This document shows positions 61,418 through 64,000 of a DNA stretch of 64,000 nucleotides, piece by piece. The stretch is from the NCBI RefSeq assembly GCF_963921235.1, contig NC_086097.1, positions 59,522,001 to 59,586,000 of the forward strand, given 5' to 3'. The stretch comes from Mobula hypostoma (taxonomy: Eukaryota). A model generated the notes under the pieces. That model did not search any database. It worked only from the letters and a program-made list of their open reading frames with translations, and was not told the origin of the DNA. How positions within the stretch are numbered: position 1 is the stretch's first letter; each line of letters begins with the position of its first letter. A program made the translations under genes and the position numbers.

Positions 61418-63124
61418 TAGTCTTTAGTCAACTGTTTCCCTGTATATTGTGAGTGTGTGTGAAAACTCTGAGGTTGTGATTTGATGGGATGGTGGTTGAA
61501 AAGAGATTCAACTGCTGGAATATAATAAAAGCTACAATATTTTAACATTCCCATTGAGGAGCTAATAAACATCTAGGCCTTCATTTCTTTTCTGGTATGC
61601 ATTTTTTATTGAACCTGGTGACAAACCAGTGATAAGTGCTGAGAGACTATATTTCAGGCAGAGATAGACAGAAATCATAATTAAAATTCAACTAAATTGC
61701 ACACACTTGGCATTGTGAGAAGATATTTTGGAAACTGGATGCAAATTCCACCTGTATATCATCAATACAAATATAATAATCCAGTCAATGTACAAAGTAA
61801 ACAACTTAATCCATAATTGGTATCAGCTGCAGCAAAAGTCAACTTCACTAAAAAAGAGAAGCATCAGTTGGTAGTCTATTTTTAAAAACAGTATTAAAAG
61901 CCTTTAAACCTTTATTTCAGTTAGGTTATTTTAATTAATCTTACACCTTCAGGCCTTTACCTTGGATGTAAGCACTCAGCTGACAGGCTTTGGGCTATTC
62001 TTTCCTGTCCAAAGTGATGTTACACATTTTTATAAGCTGAATACCATAATAAATTCAAATGCTTAGTCACATGCAGTATGTTGAATCATCTGGAATAGCC
62101 TAGTTGACTCTTGCAAATAAGATTACCATTTCTCTTCTGGCAGGAAGATGTGAAAAATGGCAGGTGATGTGAGGTAGTGGGGAGAAGTATTCAAAGGAAG
62201 CATTCCATGGAAGAAGGAACCATTCTGAAAGACCTAAAATCAGAATTAATCCATTTTCTCTTCTGGAATATTTATTGACTCCTTAGAGTTGCTGGGATAT
62301 TAAAAAAATAGCAAATGAAATGTGTATAGACTGAATGTTGGACATGAAGCTCACAGACAGAACTGACATGTACTAGTAGGAGATGAGAAAACAGGAAGGA
62401 CAAATGTACACTGAGAAAAGAAACTGAGACACTGACTCAGACAACCAGATGCCAAGAAAGAAATCTAGACAAACGAGATAGCAGGCAACAAAGAGATGGA
62501 TCTTCCTGATCTGCCCTGTCACACATTGACTCCACTTAATGTGACATCCTCCTACCTGCACACACTTGGGTGATACGAGGAGGACGGATGTTACTGGTTG
62601 AGAACTGTCATTTATGCAAAGACACTGTCACTGACTGTCTCTGGCAAATATTTACAAAAGGCAATGGTTGGGTAGTCTTAGTTTTCTGTCAAAGCTTGAA
62701 GGATTTTAAATAGGTTGAAACATTTTTGGTGTTAGCTGTCATTTAAAAACTTCTCAACAAAATATAATAAAAAGTAAAATCTAGTTAAAATACTCAAAAG
62801 CCTTTGAAAATGCAGCCATTAGGTATTAAAATACTCATTAAAGATTAAATCAACAAAACAAAATTTAAAAAATATTTTTTCTATTCTACAGGCTGAGGAT
62901 TTAATTGACATGAATAGGATGTCTGATCTTCCCCTGATCAGATGGGATATCGGTCAGAGAGCTGTTCTCCCCAGCTTGTAGTGAGGGGATTCCAGCAAGG
63001 AGCAGCTCCATCTCTCGACTTCATGTCCAGTCCTGCAGCACAATAGCAGTACAGATGTAGTGGCAGCTGTACTCAGCAAGCCACAGATTTACAATGCATC
63101 TGCTCAACTCTTGGGCTTACTGGA

Positions 63125-63570
63125 TAGAACATAGAACACAGAACACTACAACACAGTACAGGGTACTCCAGCCCACAATATTGTGCTGACCTTTTAGCAA
63201 GAAAATGCTGGAAACACTCAGCAGGTCGGCGCGGCAAAGTGGATTTTCTAGAGGAGCTGCTGCCTCACCTCTCCATGGACTTGGTCTTAATCACAACCTT
63301 AGATGCTGTCAGGGTGGATCTTACATGTTCCCTCTGAGACGGCATGGACCCCTACTGTGTGCTTTAGCTTTCCACTACTTTCCAATGACGTGGCGGTTGG
63401 TATTAATAGGCTACTCTGTTAATTGCCTTCAGTCTGTTAATAGTAGAATCAGCCAGAAATGTAGAAGAAATTATGGGGAAGCTGGGAGAATGGTGCAAAT
63501 GGCTGGCTGACGGTCAACATGATTCATTGGGCCCATAACCATGCTTCCCTGTTCTGCCTGACTCCATGAA
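63125..63570. mobile_element. Cluster: CR1 tail (minus), Penelope tail scrap and decayed V/HE1-like SINE (plus)
   Basis: agaacatagaacacagaac...cagcccacaatattgtgctgacc; aaaatgctggaaacactcagcagg; gagctgctgcctcac...gttggtattaataggctactctgttaattgcc. Confidence 0.55.
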
Positions 63571-63654
63571 CTTATGTATTCTAAGCAGGGTAAGAAACTT
63601 AAAACTGTCAGAAAGAAGCAGGTCCAATGCAAATAAGATTTAATAAAGGCTGGC

Positions 63655-63958
63655 TTCTTTTTCAGTCTTACAGTTTTTTTTATATTCCGTTCTTTTCCTA
63701 ATTTTTCTATTTTTCTGAGTGGAGAGGGTGATTTGGGGGTCGATATGTCTGTTCTGCTCTGTTCATTTTTGTGTGGGAGGAGGGACTTGGTGGTTGATGT
63801 GCCTGTTCCATTTTATTTGCTTTTCTTTTGTGCAGGGAGGGGGGATTTGTGGGCTGGTGATTGTGCTGCCTTTCTTTTCTTTCTTGATTTCCTGGCTACC
63901 CGGAGAAGAATTTCAGAGCTGTATACTTTGATAATAAATGAACCTTTGAACATTTGAA
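63655..63958 (+). mobile_element. Non-coding retroposon with Rex1-type tail
   Basis: Ends gaagaatttcagagctgtatactttgataataaatgaacctttgaacatttgaa; homologous to 1510-1698; internal three-fold ttt-gtg-ggag-gg-gattt repeat. Confidence 0.65.
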
Positions 63959-64000
63959 ACCCTATTGATATAGGTGCATTTTCAACTGGACTTCACTCTG

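Noticed and set aside
62875..62980. Acceptor-like tttttctattctacag followed by a 29-codon frame
   Set aside because: Peptide AEDLIDMNRMSDLPLIRWDIGQRAVLSL-like is unrecognisable and has no supporting upstream exon.

Overview
Eukaryotic, repeat-dominated vertebrate DNA with no recognisable host exon, RNA gene or CRISPR array; it reads as intronic or intergenic. The repeat families (abundant CR1 LINEs, Neptune-type Penelope-like elements, Rex1/Babar LINEs, V/HE1-type SINEs) suggest a cartilaginous fish, probably a ray; this is inferred from recalled families and was not searched. Nearly all listed ORFs are fragments of decayed transposons, often nested several deep. Most interesting: (1) a minimal hammerhead ribozyme motif repeated in the Penelope tails, with one near-intact core at 11003-11040; (2) a full-length, TSD-bounded 4.1-kb RTE LINE resembling the horizontally transferred AviRTE, with an HDV-like ribozyme candidate at its exact 5' end; (3) a non-autonomous AAGATGGCG-headed retroposon with a conserved 3' stem-loop; (4) a solo LTR inflated by about 33 copies of a 37/38-bp minisatellite; (5) Tc1, hAT, Harbinger and mariner DNA elements, two of them with three TIR copies. 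Boundaries lacking a TSD or TIR are approximate.
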